Positions 47,541 to 56,884 are shown, numbered from the stretch's first letter. The stretch: 64,000 nucleotides of DNA from Patescibacteria group bacterium (GCA_049322655.1 JBMORP010000006.1:448410-512409), one strand, 5' to 3'. The notes: a model not told the origin generated them from the sequence alone. A program made the numbers and translations.

Positions 47541-47556
47541 CCACAATATATTGTGG
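47541..47556. promoter_or_regulatory. NrdR box 1 (CCACAATATATTGTGG)
   Basis: Perfect 16-bp palindrome matching the NrdR-box consensus acaCwAtATaTwGtgt; 16 nt upstream of the nrdR ATG. Confidence 0.6.
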
Positions 47557-47573
47557 TTTAGACAAATTTTCTG

Positions 47574-47589
47574 CACAACAAGTTGTACA
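47574..47589. promoter_or_regulatory. NrdR box 2 (degenerate: CACAACAAGTTGTACA), ~33 bp from box 1
   Basis: ACAAC-aa-GTTGT palindrome; spacing consistent with the tandem NrdR boxes described for nrd operons. Confidence 0.4.
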
Positions 47590-47667
47590 GAAAATTCTTA
47601 GGGTATAAAGAATCTCATATCGAACGGAATAGAGTCAATAGATAAAAAAAGATCAAAGATAATCAGC

Positions 47668-48192
47668 TTATTTGAGTTTTGTTAATAATAAGCTCTGCTC
47701 TTGAATTAAGCGGTCAAGCAACTGTTGTTGTTCATCATCAAAACTTGGTTTTAAAGCTAACACTTTTTCTCTAAATTGATCTGCCTGAAAAACCAGTTCT
47801 GACTTGGTTGCCTCATCAAGCCCTTCAGCTTCAATTAAACCCGTGTTTTGGTACTTATAAGCCTTAGTTAAAGTAGAAAAAGAAAGACTTTGATAACCTT
47901 TTTTCAATAGCTGTTCTGTAGCAACCAACCTTTGCCAACCATAAGAGATATTAAGCTCTGATTTTTTTTCTTCACTAGCTAAAGTCAGCCTAACTCGATC
48001 AAAAACCATAAAAACTGGATACAAAATATGATCAGGTAAAATCTCTTTTTCTAAATACATTTTTTTTTCAGTTAGTTGCAAAGATTTTCCTTGAGAAAAA
48101 ATTCTATTGGCAGAGAAAAAAGATAGAAAAACAATCAATAAACCAAAAACCAAAAAAATAAACTGAGGAGCTGTTTTAACAATAAATTTCAT
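47668..48192 (-). CDS. Hypothetical membrane-anchored protein (174 aa)
   Basis: N-terminal TM; ORF only. Confidence 0.4.
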   Translation of the reverse strand: MKFIVKTAPQFIFLVFGLLIVFLSFFSANRIFSQGKSLQLTEKKMYLEKEILPDHILYPVFMVFDRVRLTLASEEKKSELNISYGWQRLVATEQLLKKGYQSLSFSTLTKAYKYQNTGLIEAEGLDEATKSELVFQADQFREKVLALKPSFDDEQQQLLDRLIQEQSLLLTKLK

Positions 48193-48229
48193 AATTAGCT
48201 ACAAAAAAGGAGATTATATAATCTCCTGG

Positions 48230-48910
48230 TTAAAAGTGAAGTAACAACACCATTCCCCAAAGAGCTTGAGAAATTACTAAGGTATAACCATTTTCCTCAA
48301 CATAAAAAAGCAAAGCTTGACCCAAACCAAATAAACTCAGTAAAAATACTTGATAAGCAATTCCCAAGCCTTCAAAACGTAAAATAATATTGGGCAAGTG
48401 AAAAAGCAAAAAAATCGCAGTCACAAACAGCACCTGTTTAATTAATGACCACTTGGGAAATTGGGCTTTGGTTGCCAAAAAAACAAAGCTAAAAAAGAAT
48501 AAGGTCTCCCAAAAACCAGTTACTAGAGCCCAAAAAAACTCATACCAAAAAACTCCTGATTCAAAAGGATAAGCAGGCACCACTGTTCCTTTTTGCCAAA
48601 CCGCCAAAGTTGCCGCCAAAAAACCATATAAACCACCAATGGCGATTCCCATCATCAAACCACGCTTAACTTTATAGGAAGCAAAAGTATCGACAATTTC
48701 TCTTTGTTTGCTCACCAAAATATAAAGCCAAACAGGCAAACCAAAAAAAATTGTTTTACCAATTGATTCATCGAACCACACTGGAAAATCAAACAAACCT
48801 CGATAAAGAAACCAAAAAACAAAACTTAAAAAAAGTAATGGTAAAAAAGCCACCGTCGAAATACGTGGTTTGACAACTGTATGCTTAGTCTTTTTTCTTC
48901 TTGAGGGCAT
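48230..48910 (-). CDS. Polytopic membrane protein, possibly CPBP/Abi (CAAX-protease-like) family
   Basis: 6-7 TM helices; conserved-looking E/H positions (FWETLFF, LLFHLPN, LLLHF); weak. Confidence 0.4.
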   Translation of the reverse strand: MPSRRKKTKHTVVKPRISTVAFLPLLFLSFVFWFLYRGLFDFPVWFDESIGKTIFFGLPVWLYILVSKQREIVDTFASYKVKRGLMMGIAIGGLYGFLAATLAVWQKGTVVPAYPFESGVFWYEFFWALVTGFWETLFFFSFVFLATKAQFPKWSLIKQVLFVTAIFLLFHLPNIILRFEGLGIAYQVFLLSLFGLGQALLFYVEENGYTLVISQALWGMVLLLHF

Positions 48911-49550
48911 TCAAGACCTTGTTGAGTGACTGTTCTTTACTTAATGAGTAAGTATCTAACACTACATCGTAAAGATCTGGATGCCAAAAATCAATCGGAG
49001 CATCAGCTTTTAGAGTTCCAGCTTTCACGACCCACTCTTTCCATTCTTTAGCATACATTTTGGACCATTTTTGAAGATTCTCAATGTATCTTTGGTGCAT
49101 ATTGTCTTTGGCTTCTTCAACAGTTACCGAGTCCCTATTCACCACTCGGTCAATTCTGATAGATTCTTCACTACAAATCATTAAAACTTTTAAAGTTCCC
49201 TCAACCCCTTGAGCCATAAAACCAGACAACCAAGACTCAATAATCCAGCGACGTTCTGTTGATAGTTTTTCTCTAATCCCCATATCTACTTTTCTGTCAA
49301 AATCTTCGCCATAGGCCATCGAAGAATGGTGGAGTTTTAACTTTGGATCAAACAAATTATTTTCAGCAGCATAAGCTCTCATGAATTCTCCACCACTGAA
49401 ACCAGACCATTTGTCGAATTTTAGGGCTTCTTTCAACATTGACAGCAAAGTTGTAGAACCAGCTCCAGGCAAACCAGAAATAGTAATATTTTTATAAGCA
49501 AAAGAATGATCCATTTGCATGTTTTTTCTTTCTAATAATTGGTTGCACAA
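48885..49550 (-). CDS. P-loop nucleotide kinase, archaeal-type cytidylate-kinase-like family
   Basis: ITISGLPGAGSTTL...GGEFMRAYAAENNL resembles the archaeal CMP kinase family (ITISGLPGSGKTT...AGEIFRELA). Confidence 0.55.
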   Translation of the reverse strand: MCNQLLERKNMQMDHSFAYKNITISGLPGAGSTTLLSMLKEALKFDKWSGFSGGEFMRAYAAENNLFDPKLKLHHSSMAYGEDFDRKVDMGIREKLSTERRWIIESWLSGFMAQGVEGTLKVLMICSEESIRIDRVVNRDSVTVEEAKDNMHQRYIENLQKWSKMYAKEWKEWVVKAGTLKADAPIDFWHPDLYDVVLDTYSLSKEQSLNKVLNALKKKKD

Positions 49551-50017
49551 GACTGTGCTAAATCCATAGCTGCTACAATCAGAGAAATTCTCTTTTTCAT
49601 TTTTTCATAAGAATACAAGGTTTCTTCTCCCGGGAAAGAATGAACCACTCTATTCCTCCCCTCTAACCAAGCTTGCCAAAGAGCATCGCCAACCGCTTCT
49701 CCACAATGTTGAACCACATCATCGTATAACCACCATTCATCACGATGATTATTTCTAATATCTGGGTTAAGGGCTCGACCGATTCTAAAGCGCTTGCTAT
49801 GATAAAGCTTATCATCAATCAAACCAGCATCTAGTAAATATTTTTTAATAAACGCTTCGTAAACCTTGGCCATTAAGAAAACAATAAAAGAATAATCTTC
49901 AAGGTTTGACATTAGTTCTTTATCTTCAGCCAACCTAACTGCTGTCCTGACCAAAGCTTGGTGCTCAGCATCCAAGTAACTAAACCAATTGCTAGAAAGA
50001 AAACCTTGCCAATTCAT
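49532..50017 (-). CDS. Alpha-helical protein with HEPN-like RNRVVHSF (Rx4HxF) motif (HepT/DUF86-like?)
   Basis: 161 aa; motif GRNRVVHSF near the C-terminus; 19-nt overlap with the downstream kinase-like gene. Confidence 0.4.
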   Translation of the reverse strand: MNWQGFLSSNWFSYLDAEHQALVRTAVRLAEDKELMSNLEDYSFIVFLMAKVYEAFIKKYLLDAGLIDDKLYHSKRFRIGRALNPDIRNNHRDEWWLYDDVVQHCGEAVGDALWQAWLEGRNRVVHSFPGEETLYSYEKMKKRISLIVAAMDLAQSCATNY

Positions 50018-50119
50018 AGATTAATAAGCCATAATTCAATACTACTTGTCCATCCTAGATGATAGGATACAAAAACTATAACATAAGATTATATTTAATT
50101 CCTCTGAAATAGCCTCACC

Positions 50120-52441
50120 ATGAATAAAAAGAAAAAAAACAACCATCTTAAAGAAATCTCCAAAAAAGCCTTACTAGGAAAAACTGAACCAAAACAAAAA
50201 AAAACTAAAGCAAATAGTTTTTTAAAAGAAATCATTACTGATCCCTTGACGAAATATGTTATTTTGGGCGTTTTTACGGTTGCGCTAGCGCTCTTTGCTT
50301 TTTTTATTAAAGACTTACCATCTCCTAAAAACCTAACTTCCCAAGAAAATTTTTCCGTTAGCACCCAAATTTTTGATCGCCACGGCAAACTACTTTATGA
50401 AATTTATGCAGACGAAAATAGAATTCCTATTAAGATTGAAGATCTCCCTCCCCATGTTCTCCAAGCAACTATTGCTATCGAAGATAAAAATTTTTATAAA
50501 CATTTTGGTTTTGATCTTGAAGGTATAGCTAGAGCTTTAAAAAATAATTTAACTGGAGATAAACTTGAAGGTGGTTCTACCATTACTCAACAGTTAGTCA
50601 AAAATGCTTTATTAACTCCAGAAAAATCACTACAAAGAAAAGTCAAAGAGGCAACTTTGTCAGTTTTGACCGAAATAATTTATACCAAAGAAGAAATCTT
50701 AGAGATGTATCTCAACTACATCTCCTACGGTGGAACAGCCGTAGGGATTGAATCAGCAGCCAAAAAATACTTTGATAAAAGCGCTAAAGATTTAACTTTG
50801 GCAGAAGCTACCATGCTAGTTGGACTTCCTCAAGCTCCGAGTCTCTATTCTCCTTTTGGTTCAGATCCAGAAAGAGCAAAAAATAGACAAGCCGAGGTTT
50901 TGAGAAGGATGGTAGAGGAAGGATATATCTCTCCACTGGAAGCAGAGGATGCTAAAGCTGAAACTTTGCAATTTGCCCTTAAGAAAACCGACATTAAAGC
51001 TCCTCATTTCGTTTTTTATGTCAAAGATATACTTTATGAAAAATATGGAGAAGAAACTGTTGAAAAAGGAGGCTTGAGAGTCACTACAACTCTAGATTTA
51101 GATTTACAAGAAGCAGCCCAAGCGTCTTTATCTGCTGAAATAGACAGTCTACAAAGACTTAAAGTTGGTAATGGGGCTGCAATGGTAACAAAGCCTAATA
51201 CTGGTGAAATCCTAGCCATGGTTGGCTCCAAAAATTACTTCAATTCTGAAGAAGATGGTCAAGTCAATGTTGCCATAGCCTATCGTCAACCAGGTTCCTC
51301 TATCAAACCAATTGTCTATGCCACTGCCTTCCAAGAAAAAACCCTTAATCCAGGAACTATTCTGCTAGATATTCCCACCTGTTTTAAGCTACCCAACCAA
51401 GCTGACTATTGTCCAAATAACTACACTGGAGACTTCAAAGGACCAATCTCTGTCAGACAATCATTAGGCAACTCACTTAATATTCCAGCTGTTAAAGCTA
51501 TTAGTACCATCGATGTGCCAACTTTTATCAATCAGGCCCAAAAAATGGGGATTACTGGTTGGAACGATCCTAGTAATTACGGCCCCTCGATTGCCCTAGG
51601 TGGTGGTGAAGTGAGGATGATCGACATGGCCCAAGCTTTTGGTTCTTTAGCTAACCTGGGGATTAAGGTTCCCCTAACTCCGATCTTAAAAATCGAAAAC
51701 TATAAAGGTGAAACTTTAGAAGAGTTTGATCGAGAAAAAACAAAACAAACTTTAAAAGAGCTACAAGCTGATGAGTTTTCATCTAGACAAGGGGATTTAG
51801 AAAGAGTCTTAGAGGCTGGCCCAGCCTATTTAGTCAGTCATATTATGCAAGATAATACAGCTAGAACTTTAGCTTTTGGTTCAAATTCTCAGTTAGTTAT
51901 TCCTGGTCAAGTAGTCAGTGCTAAAACTGGCACCACCAATGATTTAAAAGATAACTGGACAATTGGATTTACCCCCGAATTTTTGACTGTTACTTGGGTG
52001 GGTAACAATGATGGCTCATCGATGAGCTACGTTGCTTCTGGCGTAACTGGAGCAGCTCCAATTTTCAACGACATTATGAGCTATGCTTTGAGAGACCAAG
52101 AGTCACTTTGGCCAGAAAAACCAGAAAGTGTTATCAAAGGACCAATTTGTTCTTCTGGCTTTCCACCCCAACTGGACGAAAATAACTGCAGTGTGATCGG
52201 TGAAGACTACTACTGGAAAGAAAGCCAACCTTCCTTGTCAACAAAGATGGAAAAAGAGGTTTGGATCAAACCAGAAACAGGCTTGCCCCCAGAATATGGG
52301 GAGCAAGCAGAAGGCTTAGTTTTGGAAAAACACACTCTATACCAAGACCCAGTCACTGAACTCTACTGTGCTGATTGTAATCGTCCCGTGGATGAACAAG
52401 GAAAGGTTGTTTACGAAAAACATTATGTTGAACAACGCTAA
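50120..52441 (+). CDS. Second class A penicillin-binding protein (PBP1A-like)
   Basis: AIEDKNFYKHFG, GGSTITQQL, SSIKP, SLGN, KTGTT; 773 aa. Confidence 0.9.
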   Translation: MNKKKKNNHLKEISKKALLGKTEPKQKKTKANSFLKEIITDPLTKYVILGVFTVALALFAFFIKDLPSPKNLTSQENFSVSTQIFDRHGKLLYEIYADENRIPIKIEDLPPHVLQATIAIEDKNFYKHFGFDLEGIARALKNNLTGDKLEGGSTITQQLVKNALLTPEKSLQRKVKEATLSVLTEIIYTKEEILEMYLNYISYGGTAVGIESAAKKYFDKSAKDLTLAEATMLVGLPQAPSLYSPFGSDPERAKNRQAEVLRRMVEEGYISPLEAEDAKAETLQFALKKTDIKAPHFVFYVKDILYEKYGEETVEKGGLRVTTTLDLDLQEAAQASLSAEIDSLQRLKVGNGAAMVTKPNTGEILAMVGSKNYFNSEEDGQVNVAIAYRQPGSSIKPIVYATAFQEKTLNPGTILLDIPTCFKLPNQADYCPNNYTGDFKGPISVRQSLGNSLNIPAVKAISTIDVPTFINQAQKMGITGWNDPSNYGPSIALGGGEVRMIDMAQAFGSLANLGIKVPLTPILKIENYKGETLEEFDREKTKQTLKELQADEFSSRQGDLERVLEAGPAYLVSHIMQDNTARTLAFGSNSQLVIPGQVVSAKTGTTNDLKDNWTIGFTPEFLTVTWVGNNDGSSMSYVASGVTGAAPIFNDIMSYALRDQESLWPEKPESVIKGPICSSGFPPQLDENNCSVIGEDYYWKESQPSLSTKMEKEVWIKPETGLPPEYGEQAEGLVLEKHTLYQDPVTELYCADCNRPVDEQGKVVYEKHYVEQR

Positions 52442-52473
52442 GGCTGTTACAATCTGATATACTTTGTGAAAGT

Positions 52474-53670
52474 GTGAAAAAAATAATTAACGGCATTTTA
52501 CTTTTAAGTTTTTTTACTTTAATAGCTATCTGGCTTTTTGTTGAGATTCCTTTATTTTCACCCTTTTCACCTGATATAAATAAACTAACCAAATCATCTC
52601 AAACCAATAAAAAAATCTATGGTTTTCTTCCATATTGGAATCTAAACGATGTTGTTTTGCAAGACGAACTAACCGATCTTGCCTACTTTTCTCTGACAAT
52701 TAATGACGATGGCACTATTAAAACCAATGATGAAGAAAATCTAGATCCAGGATTCTATAAACTTCAATCAGAAGAATTTTCCCAACTCCAAAACCATACA
52801 ATTAACCAAGGAAAAAAAACCCATGTGGTCTTAACCCTTTTTGAAAATAAAAAAATCACTGCTTTCCTCGACTCGCCAAAAGCCATGGCCAAGTTTTATG
52901 AGTCAATAGATTCTCTCCTGCTAGCTTACCCTTTTGACGGCCTAAACTTAGATATTGAGTACACTGGTGAAGCCAGTGATGAACTAAGAAATAAATATAC
53001 TCAATTTGTACAAAACCTCTCCATCCATCTCAAAACAAAATACCCAACTATTGAATTCAGTCTGGATACCTATGCAGCTGCAGCCAGTAAAAAAATGCTT
53101 TGGGATATTAAAAATCTTCATCAACACGTGGATTATATTGTAGTGATGGCCTATGACTTCAGTCAAAGCCACTCAGCTCAAGCTGGTCCAGTTGCGCCAT
53201 TATTTAATAAAGAAAATTCCTGGCAAGAAAGTATTCATTCTTACCTATCAGATTTTGCCAAACAAGTACCAACCAACAAAATTTTATTGGGCATCCCTTT
53301 TTATGGATATGAATGGCAGACAACTACCAGAGAACCACAGGCTTTTACCTTTCCCAAAACTGGGGCCACAGCCAGTTACAAACGAGTTAAAGAGATAATC
53401 GCTAGAAAAGATGAACTGCAACTAGAACAACATTGGGATGAAGCAGCTCTGGAACCATACCTAACTTACTCAGAAAACGGGAACTTTTTTACAATTTACT
53501 ATGAAAATCCAGAATCACTAAAATACAAACTTGAATATGTTAACCAACTCAATTTAGGTGGAATTGCTATCTGGTCACTTGGCTACGAAGGAAGTTCAAG
53601 AGAGCTCTGGGATGTTATTCATCAGCAGCTTCTACCTCCTGAGCCAACCACCAACTCCATAAGCCAGTAA
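52474..53670 (+). CDS. Membrane-anchored glycoside hydrolase family 18 protein
   Basis: Signal-anchor TM; GH18 catalytic motif FDGLNLDIEY (DxxDxDxE); MAYDF. Confidence 0.75.
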   Translation: MKKIINGILLLSFFTLIAIWLFVEIPLFSPFSPDINKLTKSSQTNKKIYGFLPYWNLNDVVLQDELTDLAYFSLTINDDGTIKTNDEENLDPGFYKLQSEEFSQLQNHTINQGKKTHVVLTLFENKKITAFLDSPKAMAKFYESIDSLLLAYPFDGLNLDIEYTGEASDELRNKYTQFVQNLSIHLKTKYPTIEFSLDTYAAAASKKMLWDIKNLHQHVDYIVVMAYDFSQSHSAQAGPVAPLFNKENSWQESIHSYLSDFAKQVPTNKILLGIPFYGYEWQTTTREPQAFTFPKTGATASYKRVKEIIARKDELQLEQHWDEAALEPYLTYSENGNFFTIYYENPESLKYKLEYVNQLNLGGIAIWSLGYEGSSRELWDVIHQQLLPPEPTTNSISQ

Positions 53671-55150
53671 ACATAAAAAACAATCCACCAATCACCAAAG
53701 CAATCGTGTTACCTACAGAACCAGCTGTATAGGTACCACTATCTGTAGAAACAATGGCTGATCTAGTTGATGGCTCTACTGGAGAGGATGCTACTGGACT
53801 AGTGGGAGCAATTGTTGGAGTTTCGATGGGGAAAGGATTACCAGAACCGAATGGTGAAGTGTTTTCTGCAAAAGGATCAGTAGCCTGAACAATAAAAGAC
53901 TGAGTCTCAGTAATAGTTTGACCTGTTGTTGGATTGGTATAACTGTAAGTTACCGTATGATTACCTGGCTCAAGAATTTTTTGTAACTCAATAATATTTA
54001 AAACAAAATCACCAGTACTATCAGCTTTAACAGTTTGGTTAATCACCGCTTCAGAATGTACTTCTATTTTTACCTCTACGTTGGGGGCTGCCTTCCCTTT
54101 AATAATCGGTTGGTTAATTAAAACTGGAGTATCTGTTTTGGCAACGGTAGTTAAGTCTAAAACCTCTGCTGCCACTTGTTCAGCAATAGTTTCGAGCGTT
54201 TGAGCACCCTGTTGAGTAGTAGTTGATTCTGAGCTCGTGTCTTCATCAGCAAAATCTATTAAGTCTGTTAGGGAAGCCAACTTTTTATCGCCACTAATAC
54301 TTACATCTACCACCAAATCTTCTTGATTCAAAACGGCTTCTTCAGCAACTTCATTGGTTGCTTCTTGGATTTGAGGAACTTGGCCCAGAATTACTTCAGG
54401 AACAGGCTGAGCAGCATTGATACCAACAGAGAAATTAGAAACTTTGGTTGGCTCAACTCCCTGAACAATTACATTCACTGAGTCGGTGTCAGTTAGCTCA
54501 GCATAACCAGAACCATCTTTTTTCCTAGCATTAGAAAGAGCTAAAGCCCAACTCCCGGAAGATTTAACCAAGGTAGACATTTCACCAACATCGACCGTAG
54601 AAACAAAAACAATACTTCCCTCTGCGGGAGCGCCTGATTCCGTCACAATAGTTCCATAAATAGTTTTATTAGTGGGCGGAGCGCTGGTTGGTGGAGGGAG
54701 AGTTTTAATAGCAAATGGTACTCCATTATTATCAAAGTTAGATCCAGAAGCAGTCCCCAAGACATAATTATAGTTAGTGTTGGGAGTCAATCCTCTAACC
54801 GTCACATGGTGCAATCTATAATTGCCAATCGAACCTGATAACTGATCACGATCATCGGTGGCTTGGGACTTTAGTGAATTAGCCTCGGTACCATACTTCA
54901 CAAAGCCATTAGTACTTTCATCTGTATAAAAAACCACAGTAAAAGACTTATCTGTAAGATTAGTCACTTTAACATTTTTGGGGGTAGTTTGAGGGGTAGC
55001 CCTTGGAGCAAAGACACCAGTGCCTTCACCAAACATCATTAAACCAGCTACCAAAGAGATAATTAAGATTCCCAAACCAAGTAAAGTGGGAATTTGTTTT
55101 TTGGCTAGTGGTGTTTTTCGTTGATTGGCAGGTACTTGCATACAAAACAC
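53615..55150 (-). CDS. Large surface protein with FN3-like and Ig-like domains, N-terminal signal anchor and C-terminal TM
   Basis: VKVTNLTDKSFTVVFYTDE...YRLHHVTVRGLTPNTNYNY (FN3-like); Thr/Pro-rich linkers; C-terminal IALVIGGLFFMFTGLWSWWL; overlaps the GH18 gene 3' end by 56 nt. Confidence 0.5.
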   Translation of the reverse strand: MFCMQVPANQRKTPLAKKQIPTLLGLGILIISLVAGLMMFGEGTGVFAPRATPQTTPKNVKVTNLTDKSFTVVFYTDESTNGFVKYGTEANSLKSQATDDRDQLSGSIGNYRLHHVTVRGLTPNTNYNYVLGTASGSNFDNNGVPFAIKTLPPPTSAPPTNKTIYGTIVTESGAPAEGSIVFVSTVDVGEMSTLVKSSGSWALALSNARKKDGSGYAELTDTDSVNVIVQGVEPTKVSNFSVGINAAQPVPEVILGQVPQIQEATNEVAEEAVLNQEDLVVDVSISGDKKLASLTDLIDFADEDTSSESTTTQQGAQTLETIAEQVAAEVLDLTTVAKTDTPVLINQPIIKGKAAPNVEVKIEVHSEAVINQTVKADSTGDFVLNIIELQKILEPGNHTVTYSYTNPTTGQTITETQSFIVQATDPFAENTSPFGSGNPFPIETPTIAPTSPVASSPVEPSTRSAIVSTDSGTYTAGSVGNTIALVIGGLFFMFTGLWSWWLAQEVEAADE

Positions 55151-55269
55151 TGGAGCTAAAACACTCCTGTTAATACTCTAGAGAAATCTAAGTAAAACCA
55201 CAAGGCGAAAAAAACATGAAACTTTTTTGATTATTACTCAAGTAAAGGCCTCTCCTAAAATTCCAAAGT

Positions 55270-55665
55270 TTAATTACCAATGGGTGACAGCTCTTCCGCT
55301 GCAGTAGTTGATTCAGCAACATCACTTTTAATAATCAGATCTTCATCTGGTAGTCCATCTCTAACATCGATTACTTTAGTTGTCCCCCCATCTTGGTAAA
55401 GAGCATAGATCGGAAAATCTTGTAGTTCAAACTCAGAAAAAACTCTTTTTTGTTCTACTTTTTCCAAAACGCTAACATTAATATTTGGTGTTAAAGGTTG
55501 AGCTAATTTTTTTTGTTCAGGAGTAATTCCTAGTTTTTGCTGAGAAGTAAATAAACTCAAACCAATCCAAAAAATAATAATTACAAATAAAAACAATAAA
55601 ATAATCAATAACTCTTTTCTCTTTTGTAAGCTTTTTAATTGATCTTGAAAAGAATTTTCTACCAT
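55270..55665 (-). CDS. Hypothetical single-TM protein in the pilus-like cluster (131 aa)
   Basis: TM LLIILLFLFVIIIFWIGLSLF; start overlaps the PilO-like stop. Confidence 0.35.
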   Translation of the reverse strand: MVENSFQDQLKSLQKRKELLIILLFLFVIIIFWIGLSLFTSQQKLGITPEQKKLAQPLTPNINVSVLEKVEQKRVFSEFELQDFPIYALYQDGGTTKVIDVRDGLPDEDLIIKSDVAESTTAAEELSPIGN

Positions 55666-56285
55666 TATTCCTTTTCTCCAAAATAAGGAGCAGCAATTAA
55701 AATAGTTGCCTCCAATGACTTCTGGCCTCGATTATCTTCCGTAGAGAAAGTAATTCTCTCTGTCGTAAAACTTCTACGAGAATTTCTCAGACCTTCCACA
55801 AAACCTCTGATAGAACTATAAGAACCAACGACCGACATTTGAATCGGCATAGCCTTTCTCTCTAAATCAACCAAAGCTTTATCAACTGAAGGATCTTCAG
55901 GAATATCCAATAAAGTCATGTTGGTAATAGCTAAATTCTGCTCACTAGCAATTCTTTCAATGATTTTTAAGGTCTGAGTCACGTTTGCCCCTCTAGGCAA
56001 CGCTTCTTCTAACACGCCAATTCTATCTTGAATTGTCAGGTATTGAGCTTGAGCTGTTCCCAAAGCAGCTACTTTTTGAGCCATTTGAGTATCTAATTTG
56101 CGCTTATCCTCGATTTCTTTAACTAGCTCAGACATCGTTAATAAAGTTGGTCTGATGGCAAAAACAGCAAAAAAGATCACCACTACTATTGATAAAAATA
56201 ATTCAAAAGAAACTACTGCCACTGGATTGTGGTAAAAATTATCAAGAAGTTTAGTAATTTGTTCTTGTCGAGTTGTTTGTGCCAT
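55665..56285 (-). CDS. PilO-like type IV pilus assembly protein
   Basis: Short N-terminus, TM, coiled coil, C-terminal domain; order after the PilN-like gene. Confidence 0.4.
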   Translation of the reverse strand: MAQTTRQEQITKLLDNFYHNPVAVVSFELFLSIVVVIFFAVFAIRPTLLTMSELVKEIEDKRKLDTQMAQKVAALGTAQAQYLTIQDRIGVLEEALPRGANVTQTLKIIERIASEQNLAITNMTLLDIPEDPSVDKALVDLERKAMPIQMSVVGSYSSIRGFVEGLRNSRRSFTTERITFSTEDNRGQKSLEATILIAAPYFGEKE

Positions 56286-56305
56286 TTTTTAGATCACTAA
56301 ATTAA

Positions 56306-56884
56306 TTATTTTTTTACTGCCTTTTGGGTCACTGCTTCCTGAGTTTGGGCTGTTAATTGAAACGAAAAACCAGATGACTTTATGCCTTCAGATTCAATCG
56401 TACTAACAACAATATTATGAAACTTGGGTGAAATTTGAAGATTATTAATCAAAATATTTAGTGATTTCTGAGATAAGACCGTTCCTTTTAAGGCAACTCT
56501 ATCAGGGTAAATCACTAACTCATCCAACTTAATTCCAGTTGGCACAACCTCAGCCAACGAAGGAAAAGTATCGGCAATATTGGCGCTTTGTTCTATCTCT
56601 TCATATTGGGCAATTCTTGTTTGAATCGCTCTTACCTCTTGTTCAAAATTACCATAAGAATTAATCACTGATTCTTTCTGAAAAATTGCTCTATTTAAAT
56701 CAGTAATTTGTCGATCAAGATAAAAACGAGTCACAAAACTCAAAACTACAATCAACTCAGTAAACATCACAATATATCGACCAGCAGACAATGCCCACTT
56801 CAAACCTCTCCCTAGTAAAGTCTCAAAAAAGGGGTCTTTGGGAACAAGGTTAATATCGATTGTCGCGGTTTTTTCAGTTGGCAT
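56306..56884 (-). CDS. PilN-like type IV pilus assembly protein
   Basis: N-terminal IDINLVP (INLLP-type motif) followed by a TM helix and coiled coil; 192 aa. Confidence 0.5.
   Translation of the reverse strand: MPTEKTATIDINLVPKDPFFETLLGRGLKWALSAGRYIVMFTELIVVLSFVTRFYLDRQITDLNRAIFQKESVINSYGNFEQEVRAIQTRIAQYEEIEQSANIADTFPSLAEVVPTGIKLDELVIYPDRVALKGTVLSQKSLNILINNLQISPKFHNIVVSTIESEGIKSSGFSFQLTAQTQEAVTQKAVKK

Noticed and set aside
53615-53670. Possible frameshift or pseudogene at the convergent 56-nt overlap of the GH18 and surface-protein genes
   Set aside because: Both reading frames are intact up to their stops and both C-termini look like plausible protein ends (a hydrophobic anchor and a Pro/Thr tail). 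There is no direct evidence of disruption.
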